Assembly: GCA_002269645.1 (NCBI GenBank)
Contig: NIVC01000284.1
Coordinates: 62,001 to 126,000 of the forward strand
Direction: 5' to 3'
From: Macrostomum lignano
Taxonomy: Eukaryota
Length of the DNA: 64,000 nt
Positions 35,500-50,600 of this stretch are shown here, piece by piece. Each line of letters starts with the position of its first letter. The stretch's first letter is position 1. The translations under genes and the position numbers were made by a program. Below the pieces are notes generated by a model. It had not been told where the DNA came from, searched no databases, and saw only the letters and a program-made list of their open reading frames with translations.

Positions 35500-36600
35500 A
35501 AGATTCGAGTTTGTGAAGCTTTAAGTTTGTGAAGGATTGAATTTTTGACGCTTTAAGCTTGTTAAGCATTGAATTTGTGAAGGTTCGTTTTGTGAAGATT
35601 CGTGTTTGTGAGGATTCGAGTTTGTGCAGATTCGAATTTCTAAAGAATTAAGTTTGTAAAGATTTGAGTTTGTGAAGATTGGAATTTTTGAAGATTCGAG
35701 TTTGTGAAGCTTCGAGTTTGTGAAGATTCGAGTTTGTGAAGATTCGAGTTTGTGAAGATTTAAGTTTGTGAAGCTTCAAATTTGTAAAGATTCGAGTTGG
35801 TAAAGATTCAAGTTTGTGAAAATTTAAGTTTGTGAAGATTCAAGTTTGTGAAGCTTCTTGAAGTTTGTGCAGATTCGAATTTGTGAAGATTCGAGTTTGT
35901 GAAGATTCGAGTTTGTGAAGATTCGAGTTTGTAAAGATTTGAGTTTGTGAAGATTCGAGTTTGTGAAGATTCGAAGTTTGTAAAGATTCAAGTTTGTGAA
36001 GCTTCTTGAAGTTTGTGCAGATTCGAATTTGTGAAGATTCGAGTTTGTGAAGATTCGAGTTTGTGAAGATTCGAGTTTGTAAAGATTTGAGTTTGTGAAG
36101 ATTCGAGTTTGTGAAGATTCGAAGTTTGTAAAGATTCAAGTTTGTGAAGCTTCTTGAAGTTTGTGCAGATTCGAATTTGTGAAGATTCGAGTTTGTAAAG
36201 ATTCGAGTTTGTGAAGATTCGAGTTAATAAATATTAGAGTTTGTGAAGCTTCGAGTTTGTGAAGATTAAAGTTTGTGAAGATTCGAGTTTGTGAAGATTC
36301 AAGTTTGTGAAGATTCGAGTTAATAAATATTCGAGTTTGTGAAGCTTCGAGTTTGTGAAGATTCAAGTTTGTGAAGATTCGAGTTAATAAAGATTCAAGT
36401 TTGTGAAGATTCGAGTTTGTGAAGATTCAAGTTTGTGAAGATTCGAGTTAATAAATATTCGAGTTTGTGAAGATTCGAGTTAATAAATATTCGAGTTTGT
36501 AAAGATTCGAGTTTGTGAAGATTCGAGTTGGTAAAGATTCAAGTTTGTGAAAATTTAAGTTTGTGAAGATTCAAGTTTGTAAAGATTCGAGTTGGTAAAT
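35500..36600. repeat. 16-bp tandem repeat (TTTGTGAAGATTCGAG)
   Basis: About 65 units with higher-order blocks, ending about 150 bp before the TBC1D30 ATG. Confidence 0.93.
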
Positions 36601-36754
36601 CTTCGAGCTGTAGAGCCTTTTTCGAGCTTGTGAAGCTTGTGCGGGTATTAGGTTGGGTGTCCAAATTTGTGAAACTGCTTTTGCTAATTCATTAACTGCA
36701 TTGCTAACATATTTCCTTGCATGTAAAAAAATTGCGAAAGAAACTAACGGCAAA

Positions 36755-39700
36755 ATGGCACTGCCGCAAAGCATGTCGAGCGATTTGATTCAAACCGACG
36801 GTTCGTGCGATGACGTTTTTGCGTCCTCACCGCAGCAGCACCAGCAGCAGAGGCAGCAACCCGATCTTCTAGCTGGAATAGCCGAGATCGACAGCGGCAC
36901 CGGCAGCGCCAGACGAAGTTCCACAGTCGAGTCGCTGTTGATTGACATCTACGATCGCTTGCAGTTCAGCGGCGGCGGCGGTCGCTATGGTTACGGCGGC
37001 AGGCGCGGCGGCGCCGGAGGATTTGGCGGATTTTTTGGCGACTCGAGTTTCGAATCGGACACGCACACAGACACGGCGAATGAGTCGGCGGCTACGGCGG
37101 CAGCTGCCGCGGCTGCGCTGGCATCGGCGGCTTCCATCACGTCTAGATTTGGATTTCTTAGAAGCGGCCTGTCGCTGTACAAACAACAGCAGGCTGCTAG
37201 GCGGAATGCTAACAGGTGTTTTTCAACTCCTAGCGACACTGAACTCCACTCGGCTGTTGCTGCCGCGGCCGCTTCTAGAAAAGAAGATTTGCTGGCTCTG
37301 CCAATAGAAGAATTAACCAGACTTGTCCGCGAATTGAAGCTTCGGGTTGGACAGGTGTCTTCTAGGCTGGTTAGAGAATTGAAACGGAGGGATCACCGAT
37401 TGGCGAGGGTGCAGCGGAGCTGCGACCTGCTCACTGCGGCTATGCACGCTGCCAGCCAGAAGAGGAGTGAGTTTGCTCTGCTGTTTGTTTGTTTATGGAA
37501 ACCATTTAATTCTATTGCCTGTTTTTATGCATTTGGTGATTTGATTCGTTTATTTTATCACTGATTGGTTCTGAGAATCTCCCTGAAAATCTTGAGAATC
37601 TCCCTGAGAATCTCATTGAGAATCTCCCTGAGAATCTCATTGAGAATCTCTCTGAGAATCTCATTGAGAATCTCCCTGAGAATCTCATTGAGAATCTTCC
37701 CGAGAATCTCTTTGAAAATCTCCCCGAGAATCTCTTTGAAAATCTCCCTGAGAATCTCCCTATGATTGATCCTGAGATTCACTCTGAGAATCTCCCAGAC
37801 AATCTCCCTAAGCATCTTCTTGAGAATCTCCCTGAGAATCCCTCTGAAAATCTCTCTGAGAATCTCCCTGAGAATCTCTCTGAAAATATCCCTGAAAATC
37901 TCCCTATGATTGACCCTGAGATTCACCCTGAGATCTTCCTGACAATCTCCCTGAGCATCTTCTTGAGAATCTCCCTGAGAATCCCTCTGAAAATCTCTCT
38001 GAGAATCTCCCTGAGAATCTCTCTGAAAATATCCCTGAAAATCTCCCTATGATTGACCCTGAGATTCACCCTGAGATCTTCCTGACAATCTCCCTGAGCA
38101 TCTTCTTGAGAATCTCCCTAATAATCTCTCTGAAAATATCCCTGAAAATCTCCCTGAGAATCTCTCTGAAAATATCCCTGAAAATCTCCCTATGATTGAC
38201 CCTGAGATTCACCCTGAGATCTTCCTGACAATCTCCCTGAGCATCTTCTTGAGAATCTCCCTAATAATCTCTCTGAAAATATCCCTGAAAATCTCCCTGA
38301 GAATCTCTCTGAAAATATCCCTGAAAATCTCCCTATGATTGACCCTGAGATTCACCCTGAGATCTTCCTGACAATCTCCCTGAGCATCTTCTTGAGAATC
38401 TCCCTAAGAATCTCTCTGAAAATATCAATGAAAATCTCCCTGAGAATCTCTCAGAATATCTCCCTGAGAATCACCCTGAGAATCTCATTGAGAATCCCCA
38501 TGAGAATCACTTTATTAGGATTTGAAGAATCGCCCTAAAGTGTTTTTTAAGAATGCCATTTAGAATCGATTATTTGTATTATTATAACTTTAAAATATCG
38601 CAAATACGTCAGCTTGCATAAAAACCGGAAGTTATCTTCTTATACAAAAAACACGTTATGCCCTACTGTTTATTTTCGGTGAGTGTCAGTAGTAGTTCCA
38701 GAGAATTTGCGGATTTTTATCTTTTGAGTTTTATTTTAAAAAGGTGATGAGATCGGAGCTAAGAGAATTAGGTCTAGTTTTTCATTGCTAAATAATTCAT
38801 TATTTATTTTCAGGCCTACTTACAAATTGACATCAAATTTGGTAATATTTGTCTATATACATTTTTTGTTCTTTGTTGTGTATTTATTTCTTAGACTAGA
38901 TGTTGTCAATTCGCATGATTTTTGTCCAGTTTGATTGACAGCTGGTCTACTCGAGCCGGTACAATCTTAGCTGTGTTTTTTTTCTTTCTATATTTTGTTA
39001 GCATTCCAGTGCCGTGTGCCTGTCTGCAAAGTCCTTTGAACTCCTAATATCTATCTGCTCTGTGTCTGGCATAGAATCTTATTGTGCCTGTCAACCATGT
39101 GCAATAGGCGAGTGCTTCATTTATTTGTTATTATCTTAAGTAGATTTTTGTGCGACGCCAGTTCCACAGCTGAAGCATTCTGGAGCTTTGACCTTCAATG
39201 GTTTTGTTTTGGTATTACTAAACTTGTAGTTGCAGAGGGCGCAACATTAAAAAATCGTGCGCTCTATGCGCCAGTGAGCAGTTTCTCTTGGACTGCTCTG
39301 AGACAAAAGATACGAGAAAACTGATCGGGGTGGCTTCAATCTGTCTAACCCTCGCACACCGCTATCCCCCACTTCATTCCTCAACTTAAGTCTGCCGCGT
39401 GGCGTAGCCACAGATACTAGAATAGCCGGATGGGCCACTCAGCACATTTGCGTGTAAGCTACTTTCAGTTCAGTAGCAAGTTAAACAGAAGCATTTTAAT
39501 GTATTTTTAAAGCCAAGGCTCATTTATTGCTCTTACCCCCCTCCCCCACTTAAACCTCCAACCGCGCCTTTCCACACTACCCCCCTCGCCCCGCCCCACC
39601 CCAATTTTTATTGCCTTTCTCGGGATTCCAGCCTAAAGCGGCCATGTACATTTCAGTGGACTGGCTAATGTACATTACTGCCGAACCAATTAGCAAGCTG

Positions 39701-42700
39701 TTTACGCCTGCAAGCTTGGGCTTCTAAACTTATCAAAGTCATTTCAGCTGCCTTTATTTTTATAAAATTAGCTTATGTATACTTCCTTGCTACTGAACTG
39801 AAAGTAGAAAGCTGTTTTACTAAGTATATATGCCTGAGTGGCCCATCTAGTTGTTTTAGTATCTGTGGCCGTAGCTAAGTTGCGTCACTCGCAAAGATTG
39901 ACTTCACCTGCACTCTCAAAAGTGGCGATGTTGCTGATTATAGTTGCAAAAAATGTGCTTAACTTTCTACTAAACTCAAGTAGACGTTGGTATTTTCCGG
40001 GTTGTATTTTATTTTATTCTCGACAACAAAGCACACTTTTAAGGCCTAAAACGCATGAAAAAGTAACAAAAATCACAAAGAACTCAAGTGATTCTACGAG
40101 TATAACGACTCTATTCTACGGCCGCAGAGTCATTTATAGAAGAAGAAGACAATAAGACGACTCAAATTGACTTTTAGGCGACTCTTTGACGATTTGTAAC
40201 CGGGGCATCTCGACCTTTTTTTTAAAAATTCGTCTAAAGTCACTTCTTGCCATACATATTTTACCTGTGTTACCTGCCCCGACTCTAGGAATGCTTCTTG
40301 GCCTAGGTACTATTTGCATTCGTATTATCCAATAGAAATTATGCTAGCTGGCTTGAATAAAAAGACTTCTATTCTGTCCAATGGCAGAGCTGAGAAGAGG
40401 GCAAAGCAAGGTCTCCGTCTGCCTCTTATTATTATTTAACTCTGTTCAAACAGACCTGCTAAAGAAATTATTTTCATTTTGCATTCCTTATATTTTCACT
40501 CCATCATCTTGTTTAGCAGCTACATAGATCCGTGTGTGAATCCGCTCATCCCATGCTTTTTTGGCTTCCCATTTTTCTCCCTGTCCTCAGTCTCGTGTCT
40601 CTTCCCATTGCATCCTTTGAGCTGCTACAGCTCAAGCTAAATTTGGGAATTTTTCCCCCCTCTCATCCTCCCTCTTTTCTCTTCCCCTTACCCGCCCTCT
40701 TCACGCCCCAAGCAGGCCAAAATCTGCTTAATGTACACCACTGACACAGCATCAGCGTATTGATCGGTAGGTTGTAGGATCTACGTTAGGGGTAAGTGCA
40801 TCCGGCCCTGTACTCTGTGCTCTCTGTCTCCCTCTCTCCCCCTCCCTCTCTTCCTTCTAGTTCTTCCTATATATACACATGCTAGCTATCTGTACTCGGG
40901 CCCGTAGGCTCTAAAAATAACATCCCAACAGGACTCTTGCAGAGTCCACATCTATCGTAGGCGTATAGTTTCAATTTTGAGATTTTTGTTAAAAATCAGG
41001 CAACTCATCTGTATAAAAAGACAAAAAATGTCTAGCGGTAGTAATCTCAGTGGAAGTTCGTTAAGTACATCCGCTTCAATGCCTCTGATTCACTGTTCGG
41101 AGTTGAACAACTTAGAGAATAATAATTCTAGTAATATTAATAGTCCGACTACTAAAAGACAAATGGACGATTTTCTGATAAAGCAACAACAGCAACAACA
41201 ACAACAGCAGCAGCAGCAACATGGTCCAGAGTCTTCCAATAGAGCCGTGCTAGCTGATAATTTGCGCAAACTCCGGTCCAACACGCAGCGATTGCAGTCG
41301 CAACGGCAGGATGGCTGTCTAGCCAATCTTACTGGCGGAAAGTCTCAGACTATCCTGGTGTCAGGTGAAGACTGCTATGTAGACTGCTCATTTGGTTGAC
41401 TTTTGTCATCGGGTCTGCTCTCCAGCTGTTGGATTCGATTTGGCTCCTGGGATAACTTTGCTTTCTCTGTCCTGCCATTTTGCTTCCGTCTCCGCTCCCC
41501 TCTCTTATATCTTCTCATTTGTCATCTCTCATCTCATCTCCTCTCCTCTCCCCTCTCTTATATCTTCTCATTTGTCATCTCTCATCTCATCTCCTCTCCT
41601 CTCCCCTCTCTTATATCTTCTCATTTGTCATCTCTCATCTCATCTCCTCTCCTCTCCCCTCTCTTATATCTTCTCATTTGTCATCTCTCATCTCATCTCA
41701 TCTCCTCTCCCCTCTCTTATATCTTCTCATTTGTCATCTCTCATCTCATCTCCTCTCCTCTCCCCTCTCTTATATCTTCTCATTTGTCATCTCTGATCTC
41801 ATCTCATCTCCTCTCCCCTCTCTTATATCTTCGCATTTTTCATCTCTCATCTCATCTCCTCTCCTCTCCTCTCTCTTATATCTTCTCCTTTGTCATCTCT
41901 CATCTCATCTCCTCTCCTCTCCTCTCTCTTATATCTTCTCCTTTGTCATCTCTCATCTCATCTCCTCCCTCTCATCTCCTCTCCTCTCCCCGCTCTTATA
42001 TCTTCTCATTTGTCATCCCTCCTCTCATCTCCTCACTTCTCTCCTCTCTTATATCTTCTCATTTGTCATCTCTCATCTCATCTCCTCTCCGCTCCCCTCT
42101 CTTATATCTTCTCATTTGTCATCTCTCCTCTCATCTCCTCACTTCTCGCCTCTTCTCTTCTCTCCCCTCTTCTCTCCTCTATCCTCTCCTCTTATCTCAT
42201 TTCTCCTCTCTCCTCTCCTCTTCCTCTCTTCTCTCTTCTTTTCTCTCATCTTTTTTCCTCTCTCCTCTCCTCTCTCCTCTCCCCTCTCCTCTCCTCTCTT
42301 CTCTTTCCTCTCTCCTCTCCCCTCTTCTCTCCTCTCTCCTCTCTTCTCTTTTCTCTCCTCTCCTCTTCTCTCTTTTCTCCTTTCGTCTTCCCTCTCCTTT
42401 CCTCTCTGTTCCTTAGTACTCTGTTTTCGCAATGTCAGCTTAAATTTTCTTTTAGTCATAGATTTACATGTTTCATTACATTGCCAGCACAAATTCTTAA
42501 TCGCCATTTCTTTCTTTGAGAATAACTCTGTTATCTGCTTTTCGCGTATAGCTATGACTAAATTTATTGCCTCCCAAATAGATTAGAACAGGTGAACAAT
42601 ATTCTTCAAATGAACCGAGGCCACACAAACACTGCAGTTATATTCTCAAATTCTGCTAATTTATAAAGGCTCCGAGATTAATGTATTTTTCTACAAAAAA

Positions 42701-43815
42701 CAGACTTTTAGTCACGTTCTGCCCTCTGTTTGCTGTGCCATGGAAGTTTAAATACTTATTTTATTCGCTATTTATTCTCCAGTTCACCTAATTAACATTT
42801 GGTTCGTTGTTGGAAAGATAGAAGTGTGTGTTTTCTCGCGGGTCTTTTAATTCAATCCTGATAGAATTTAGGCAAAGAATAGGAATTGAAAATTAAAATT
42901 TTCAGTTGGAAAATTTCCAGCTTTAAAGACAGCGCAAACCGGCTCTCTGTAAGGGTTGGGTCGTGTTTTCTTTTGCTCATGACGGTCGGACAGTCAAAGA
43001 CACGTACAGAGAGAGACCGAGAGAGAGAGAGAGCGCTCATTCTCTTCTTAAGTATCTTCTATTATTCTTTATTTTGCTTGCCCTTTGTCTGCTTGACACT
43101 GCATGGATTTTTAGTTAGCTTATATAGGCTGAAGATTGAGAATAGCCCTTGGACTTGGCAATTATAAAGGCCAAGTATCTAGGCAGAGTTCCATGGTAGT
43201 TGCTTTGAGTTGCTCTGCTTATGCACGCAGTTCGGGAGCACCGGGGGTTGGCAGCTACTTCTGTTAGCTTCTGCTGGCAGCTCTGACTGTTTTTTTCTCT
43301 ATACGAACGTTTAGAACTTTCGTCATCTGCCTGCTTTTGTTTGAGTTGATGTGCGTGCCTGCCTGCTTTATTTGTAATTGTGTCTTTGTGGCTGTGTCCG
43401 CCTGCCTGCTTTATGTGTGATTGTGTCTTTGTGGCTGTGTCCGCCTGCCTGCTTTATGTGTGATTGTGTCTTTGTGGCTGTGTCCGCCTGCCTGCTTTAT
43501 GTGTGATTGTGTCTTTGTGGCTGTGTCCGCCTGCCTGCTTTATGTGTGATTGTGTCTTTGTGGCTGTGTCCGCCTGCCTGCTTTATGTGTGATTGTGTCT
43601 TTGTGGCTGTGTCCGCCTGCCTGCTTTATGTGTGATTGTGTCTTTGTGGCTGTTTCCGCCTGCCTGCTTTATGTGTGATTGTGTCTTTGTGGCTGTGTCC
43701 GCCTGCCTGCTTTATGTGTGATTGTGTCTTTGTGGCTGTGTCCGCCTGCCTGCTTTATGTGTGATTGTGTCTTTGTGGCTGTGTCCGCCTGCCTGATTTT
43801 TTATCTGTCTTAGTG

Positions 43816-43862
<47 letters not shown>

Positions 43863-43881
43863 ATGTCTGTCTGTCTGTCTA

Positions 43882-43928
<47 letters not shown>

Positions 43929-43979
43929 GTATGTCTGTCTGTCTGTCTTAGGGTCTGTCTGTCTGTCTGTCTATCTGTA

Positions 43980-44026
<47 letters not shown>

Positions 44027-44045
44027 ATGTCTGTCTGTCTGTCTA

Positions 44046-44096
<51 letters not shown>

Positions 44097-44196
44097 GTAT
44101 GTCTGTCTGTCTGTCTTAGGGTCTGTCTGTCTACCTGTCTGCCTGTCTGTCTGTCTGTCTGTCTGTCTATCTGTATGTCTGTCTGTCTGTCTTAGG

Positions 44197-44229
<33 letters not shown>

Positions 44230-44263
44230 CCTGTCTGTCTGTCTGTCTGTCTGTCTATCTGTA

Positions 44264-44306
<43 letters not shown>

Positions 44307-44325
44307 ATGTCTGTCTGTCTGTCTA

Positions 44326-44368
<43 letters not shown>

Positions 44369-44459
44369 GTATGTCTGTCTGTCTGTCTTAGGGTCTGTCT
44401 GTCTGTCTGTCTGTCTACCTGTCTGCCTGTCTGTCTGTCTGTCTGTCTGTCTATCTGTA

Positions 44460-44496
<37 letters not shown>

Positions 44497-44554
44497 GTAT
44501 GTCTGTCTGTCTGTCTGTATGTCTGTCTGTCTGTCTGTCTGTCTACCTGTCTGC

Positions 44555-44588
<34 letters not shown>

Positions 44589-44647
44589 GTATGTCTGTCT
44601 GTCTGTCTTAGGGTCTGTCTGTCTGTCTGTCTGTCTACCTGTCTGCC

Positions 44648-44679
<32 letters not shown>

Positions 44680-47600
44680 AGTTTCTGCTTGTGTTTCAAA
44701 TCCCGGATTGCTTAAGTACCGCTTAAGTCCTGTTGCACGCGGTGCTACAAGCCTCACACTTTCGTATTAATTTATATGTTTGCATCAGTGCTTTTTGTTG
44801 TAAATCTGTTTAGCCTAGCTACTAAAAATGTTTTGCACCAGCGAGGACTTTGCTAAGAATTGTCAATAAGCACATTACACTGCTGATTCAGAGCACGCCC
44901 TCATCTCCGTCAGTTGTACTTGCACCCTGTGACCCTTATCAACGGAATCGAACCCGCGACTACCAGACCTAGTACTCATGCTATTCTCCCCTGTGTCTCA
45001 CCGTCATTTAACAGGCCAGGACGCAAAGCTGAAATTTACAATCGAGCCAAAACCAGGCGAGGATGCTTTTTATCAGTGGCGCGATGGCATGCGCGCCGTG
45101 GCCCGGCTGCCCAATGGAATTCCCGTTGAGTTTCGCAGAAAGGTTTGTACTTTTGGTTTAGTTTTTATGTGTAGCTTCATTATTTATCAGATTAATGCAT
45201 TCACAAGTATTGCTGATCATATAGAGACCATTCACAACCCTCCCAGATTCTTTCGGGACCATTCAGAACCTTTCCAGATTCTTTCGGGACCATTCACAAC
45301 CCTCCTTGATACTTTAGGGACCACTCACAACCCTCCTTGATTCTTTAGGGACCACTCACAACCCTCCTTGATTCTTTAGGGACCATTCACAACCCTCCCA
45401 GACTCTTTAGGAACTTTTCACAACCCTCTCTGATATTACAATCCAAAAGTGAACTAATAATATCTCAATAACTTGCTATACCCAGCATCACTAAATTCCC
45501 TACCCGTCTCCCCCATCAAAGGTGTGGCTATCTCTGGCCGAATTCTATCTGGCCTCTCAGCGACTGGACTGGCAGCGAATCAGAAAGCTGTGCTTCAACG
45601 ATCGATTGAATCCGGACGATGACTCACTCGACCATCAGATTGTGAAGGATTTGCACAGGACTGGCTGCGAGGAGTTCGGCTCTGAGCACGACAGGGCTGT
45701 GCTCAAACGCGTGCTGTTGGGTAAGTGAAATGGACTTCTCGGGTTGCGGGGAACTTTTTCTGTGCTCACACACACTTATCACCCCCTTATCAGTGCTCAC
45801 TCTGGCTCCCTTATCAGTGCTCACAATGGCTCCCTTATCAGTGCTCACACTGGCTCCCTTATCAGTGCTCACAATGGCTCCCTTATCAGTGCTCACACTG
45901 GCTCCCTTATCAGTGCTCACACTGGCTCCCTTATCAGTGCTCACACTGGCTCCCTTATCAGTGCTCACACTGGCTCCCTTATCAGTGCTCACAATGGCTC
46001 CCTTATCAGTGCTCACAATGGCTCCATTATCAGTGCTCACACTGGCTCCATTATCAGTGCTCACACTGGCTCCATTATCAGTGCTCACACTGGCTCCATT
46101 ATCAGTGCTCACACTGGCTCCCTTATCAGTGCTCACACTGGCTCCCTTTCAGTGCTCACACTGGCTCCATTATCAGTGCTCACACTGGCTCCCTTATCAG
46201 TGCTCACACTGGCTCCCTTTCAGTGCTCACACTGGCTCCATTATCAGTGCTCACACTGGCTCCCTTATCAGTGCTCACACTGGCTCCCTTTCAGTGCTCA
46301 CACTGGCTCCCTTATCAGTGCTCACAATGGCTCCCTTATCAGTGCTCACACTGGCTCCATTATCAGTGCTCACACTGGCTCCCTTATCAGTGCTCACACT
46401 GGCTCCCTTATCAGTGCTCACACTGGCTCCCTTATCAGTGCTCACACTGGCTCCCTTATCAGTGCTCACACTGGCTCCCTTATCAGTGCTCACACTGGCT
46501 CCCTTATCAGTGCTCACACTGGCTCCCTTATCAGTGCTCACACTGGCTCCCTTATCAGTGCTCACACTGGCTCCCTTATCAGTGCTCACACACTCTTCAC
46601 ACGTAAGCATTTTTGTATTATCGCGTGTCTTACTTTTTCTGAATTAAATTTTCAAAAAAATCATTTAGAAATTTTTAGTTCAATTGTGAAATGTTTAGAC
46701 AAACTATATTTAGACTGCAAATAATTTTAAATTAGTGTACATTAAGAGATTGTTTCCCAGTCTAAAATTAACTATGATTAAATATTCATGCGCGCACTGT
46801 TGAGATATGCGAGCGTACGAGCTATGAAGAGGTGATTTCCCATTAGCTGTAAATTTCCCTAGGGTATGCGCAGAGGTCCGGTCTCCCCCCGCCTGACAAT
46901 GTCTTTGCATTATTCACAAAGTGTACTTTTTTAGTCTAGAGCGACTTGATTTTTCTGTACCCAAAAGCTTGTACTGTATCGACCATAATACCCAAGAATC
47001 TCATCCTACAAATTCCAAGAATCCCACCCTACAAACCTCAAGAATCTCACCCTACAAACCCCAAATCTCACCCCACAAACCTCAAGAATCTCACTCTACG
47101 AACCCCTAAGAATCTCACCCTACAAACCTTAAGAATCTCACCCTACAAACCCCAAGAATCTCACCCTACAAACCTTAAGAATTTCACTCTACAAACCCCA
47201 AGAATTTCACCCTACAAACCCCAATAATCTCACCCTACAAACCCCAAGAATCTCACCCTACAAACCTCAAGAATCTCACCCTCCACTTTACTCACCCCAG
47301 CCTACGCCCGCTGGAACAAGCGAGTTGGCTACTGCCAAGGCTTCAACGTGTTGGCCGCGCTAATTCTCGAAGTGATGGAACGCAACGAAGATGAAGCATT
47401 AAAAGTGATGATCTTTCTAGTTGACAGCTGCCTGCCTGAGAGCTACTTTGCTCAAAATCTGCAAGCTCTAACTGTGGACATGGCGGTGTTCCGTCAGCTG
47501 CTTCGCGCTCACCTGCCGCAGTTGTCCAATCATCTGGACAGGCTGCAGGCGGCTGCTTCTGCTGCTCACGCGGCCTCTTCACCAGCCACTGCCGCTGTTG

Positions 47601-50600
47601 TCTACGAGCCACCGCTAGTTAACGTCTTCACTATTCAATGGTTTTTAACTCTGTTTTCTACCTGCCTGCCAGCGTTTGCAACTCTGCGACTGTGGGACGC
47701 TATTATGCTGGAGGGTGAGTATTTGTTTTATTTGTTTTGAATCGAATTATTTATCCCTGCGTGATCGGGTGATCGACACATAAATCATAACTTAACTTCC
47801 CACTCATAAACCATAAATTCTCACTTAGAAATCATAAATCCCCACTCGAAGGTCATAAATCCCCACTCAGGGATCATACATCCCCACTCAGAAACTATAA
47901 ATCCTCAACTCAGAAATCATAAATCCCAACTCAGAAATCATAAATCCCAACTCAGAAATCCTCAATCCCAACTCAGAAATCCTTAATCCCAACTCAGAAA
48001 TCATAAATCCCAACTCAGAAATCCTAAATCCCAACTCAGAAATCCTCAATCCCAACTCAGAAATCCTTAATCTTAACTCAGAAATCGTAAATCCCAACTC
48101 ATAAATCATAAATCGACATTCATAAATCATTAAGTCCCCATTCATAAATCATAAATCCCCATTCATAAGTAATAAATCCCCATTCCCAAACCTGCAGGCA
48201 GTGAGATGCTACTCCGTTGCGCACTGGTCCTGTGGCGCAAGTTGCAAGCAAAAATACTGAAAGAGGCGGACAGTGCAGACGCATTCTATTGCCACATGGG
48301 CGAAATCACAGCCCTGCTCAACTCTGAGGCACTCATCACCACAGAGCAGCTCATTGAAGAATTGTACGCTTCCATGTCGGAAATTCCTTCTGTGGCTATT
48401 TCTGAACTGAGAGAAAGATTCACTTTCAATATAAAGCCGTTCTCCGCTGCGGTGGGCGGGGGTTCGAGATCCCGGTCTGGGAAGTCCGCTGGTCGAGGAG
48501 GTGAGGCTGCGTTTGGGTGCTTCTGTAATGTTCTAATTTTATAATTGCTAATTTATTTGTTTGAAATTACCGGATTAACGGTTATCTAATTGGTAATTTT
48601 AATATTATAACTAGGGATTTCAATGTCATAATTTGAGAATTAATATCCGAATGTGACTTTCTAATATCCTAATTGGAAATTCTAATATCCCAATTGAAGA
48701 TTCTAAAATCCTAATCTGAGATTCTAGTATCCTGATTGGAGATTCTAATATCCTACCTAATCTGAGATTCTAATATCCTAATTTGAGATTCTAATATCCT
48801 AATCTGAGATTCTAATATCCTAATCTGAGATTCTAATATCCTTATTGAAGATTCTGAAATCCTAATCTGAGATTCTAGTATCCTGATTGGAGATTCTAAT
48901 ATCCTAATCTGTGATTCTAATATTCTAATTGGAGACTCTAATATCCTTATGGAGATTCTAATATCCTTATCGGAGATTCTAATATCCTGATTGAAAATTT
49001 AAATACCCTGGTTAAAGATTTTAATACTATAATTGGAGATTTTAAAAATCCTAATTTTAATTGTTATATTCTATTGACCATATAGGATTTCAACCTCAGT
49101 TTTGTCTGGATTTTTGAAAGATAAGATGGTCGTGCTTAAGAATAATTGGCACAGCTTATATCTATGCTGATTTTTCTGTTTCACACTTTTATTATAAAGT
49201 GCACCCACGTTTTCGAATTTTCAACTAATCCCCAAATCTTGAAAAATTAATTTTGAGAGACTGATTTTTCATTCAAGACTTTCACGTGACCGGGAATTCG
49301 ATCCCCATGTTTGCTGCTGAAGCCGTAGAATAAATTTTTCACCGGATGCACGCGGGGGAAGTGTGGGGGGTTGGCTTATAAGGATTTTATTCCCCCCTTC
49401 CATAACTAAACGGTTGGGAAATGAAATTTGGAGGGGGTGGGCGGTGAGCAGAGCTGCTATATTTTACAGCTTTGCTCAGATTATAAAACTACGTGGGAAG
49501 GGGAGGGTAGGGTGGCTCAACGTCTTTCTCCCACACGGGTCAGCGGTTTTCTCCGACCTTGATTTGCAGTGTTTTGTTTAAGCTTAAATCAACTAACTGG
49601 CTGTTCTTCTCTTCTCGACCGGAAAATGTGCACTTTTTCCCTACTAGATTTTTGAGCTGGTGCGTCGCGTTCGCACGTGCATAAATCAATAGTAATACAA
49701 GAAGGGGAGCTCGCATTTTTATTAGATTTTTATTAGTTGGAAATTATCTATAGATTTCTTAGAAAATGTCAGATTCTTACCCATCGATTTCTTAGAAAAT
49801 GCCAGATACTTATATCTATCAATTTCTTGGAAAATGCCAGATTCTTATCTATCAATTTTTGCGTAAATGCCAAATTTTTACCTCTCGATTTCTTTGAAAA
49901 TGTCAGACTCTTATTTATCAATTTTTTAGAAAATGCCAGATTCTTATCTATCGATTTCTTGGAAAATGCCAGATTATTATCCATCAATTTCTTAGAAAAA
50001 TCCAGATTCTTACCTATCAATTTCTTAGAAAATGTTAGATTCTTACCTTTCAATTTTTTAGAAAATGTCAGATTCTTACCTATCAATTTCTTGGAAAATG
50101 CCAGATTATTATCCATCAATTTCTTGGAAGATGCCAGATTCTAATATATCGATTTCTTGTAAAATGCCAGATTCTTATCTATCGATTTCTTGGAAAATTC
50201 CAGATTTTTATCTATCAATTTCTTGGAAAATGCCAGATTATTATCCATCAATTTCTTGGAAAATGCCAGATTCTAATATATCGATTTCTTGTAAAATGCC
50301 AGATTCTTATCTATCGATTTCTTGGAAAATTCCAGATTTTTATCTATCAATTTCTTAGAAAATGCCAGATTATTATCCATAAATTTCTTGGAAAATGCCA
50401 GATTCTAATATATCGATTTCTTGTAAAATGCCAGATTCTTATCTATCGATTTCTTGGAAAATTCAAGATTTTTATCTATCAATTTCTTGGAAAATGCCAG
50501 ATTCTTATCCATCGATTTATTAGAAAATGCCAGATTCTTACCTTTCGATTTCTTGGAAAAGGCGAAATTTATATCTATCGATTTCTTGGAAAATGCCAGT

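Noticed and set aside
44935-44995. Second Pol III B-box (GGTTCGATTCC on the minus strand) next to TBC1D30 exon 2
   Set aside because: No convincing A box or cloverleaf. It may be a SINE remnant, but it is too degenerate to call.
41403-46724. Leu/Ser-rich, (CLSV)n and (YQCSHWLP)n ORFs
   Set aside because: They are translations of CT-rich, TCTG and 24-bp arrays within TBC1D30 introns.
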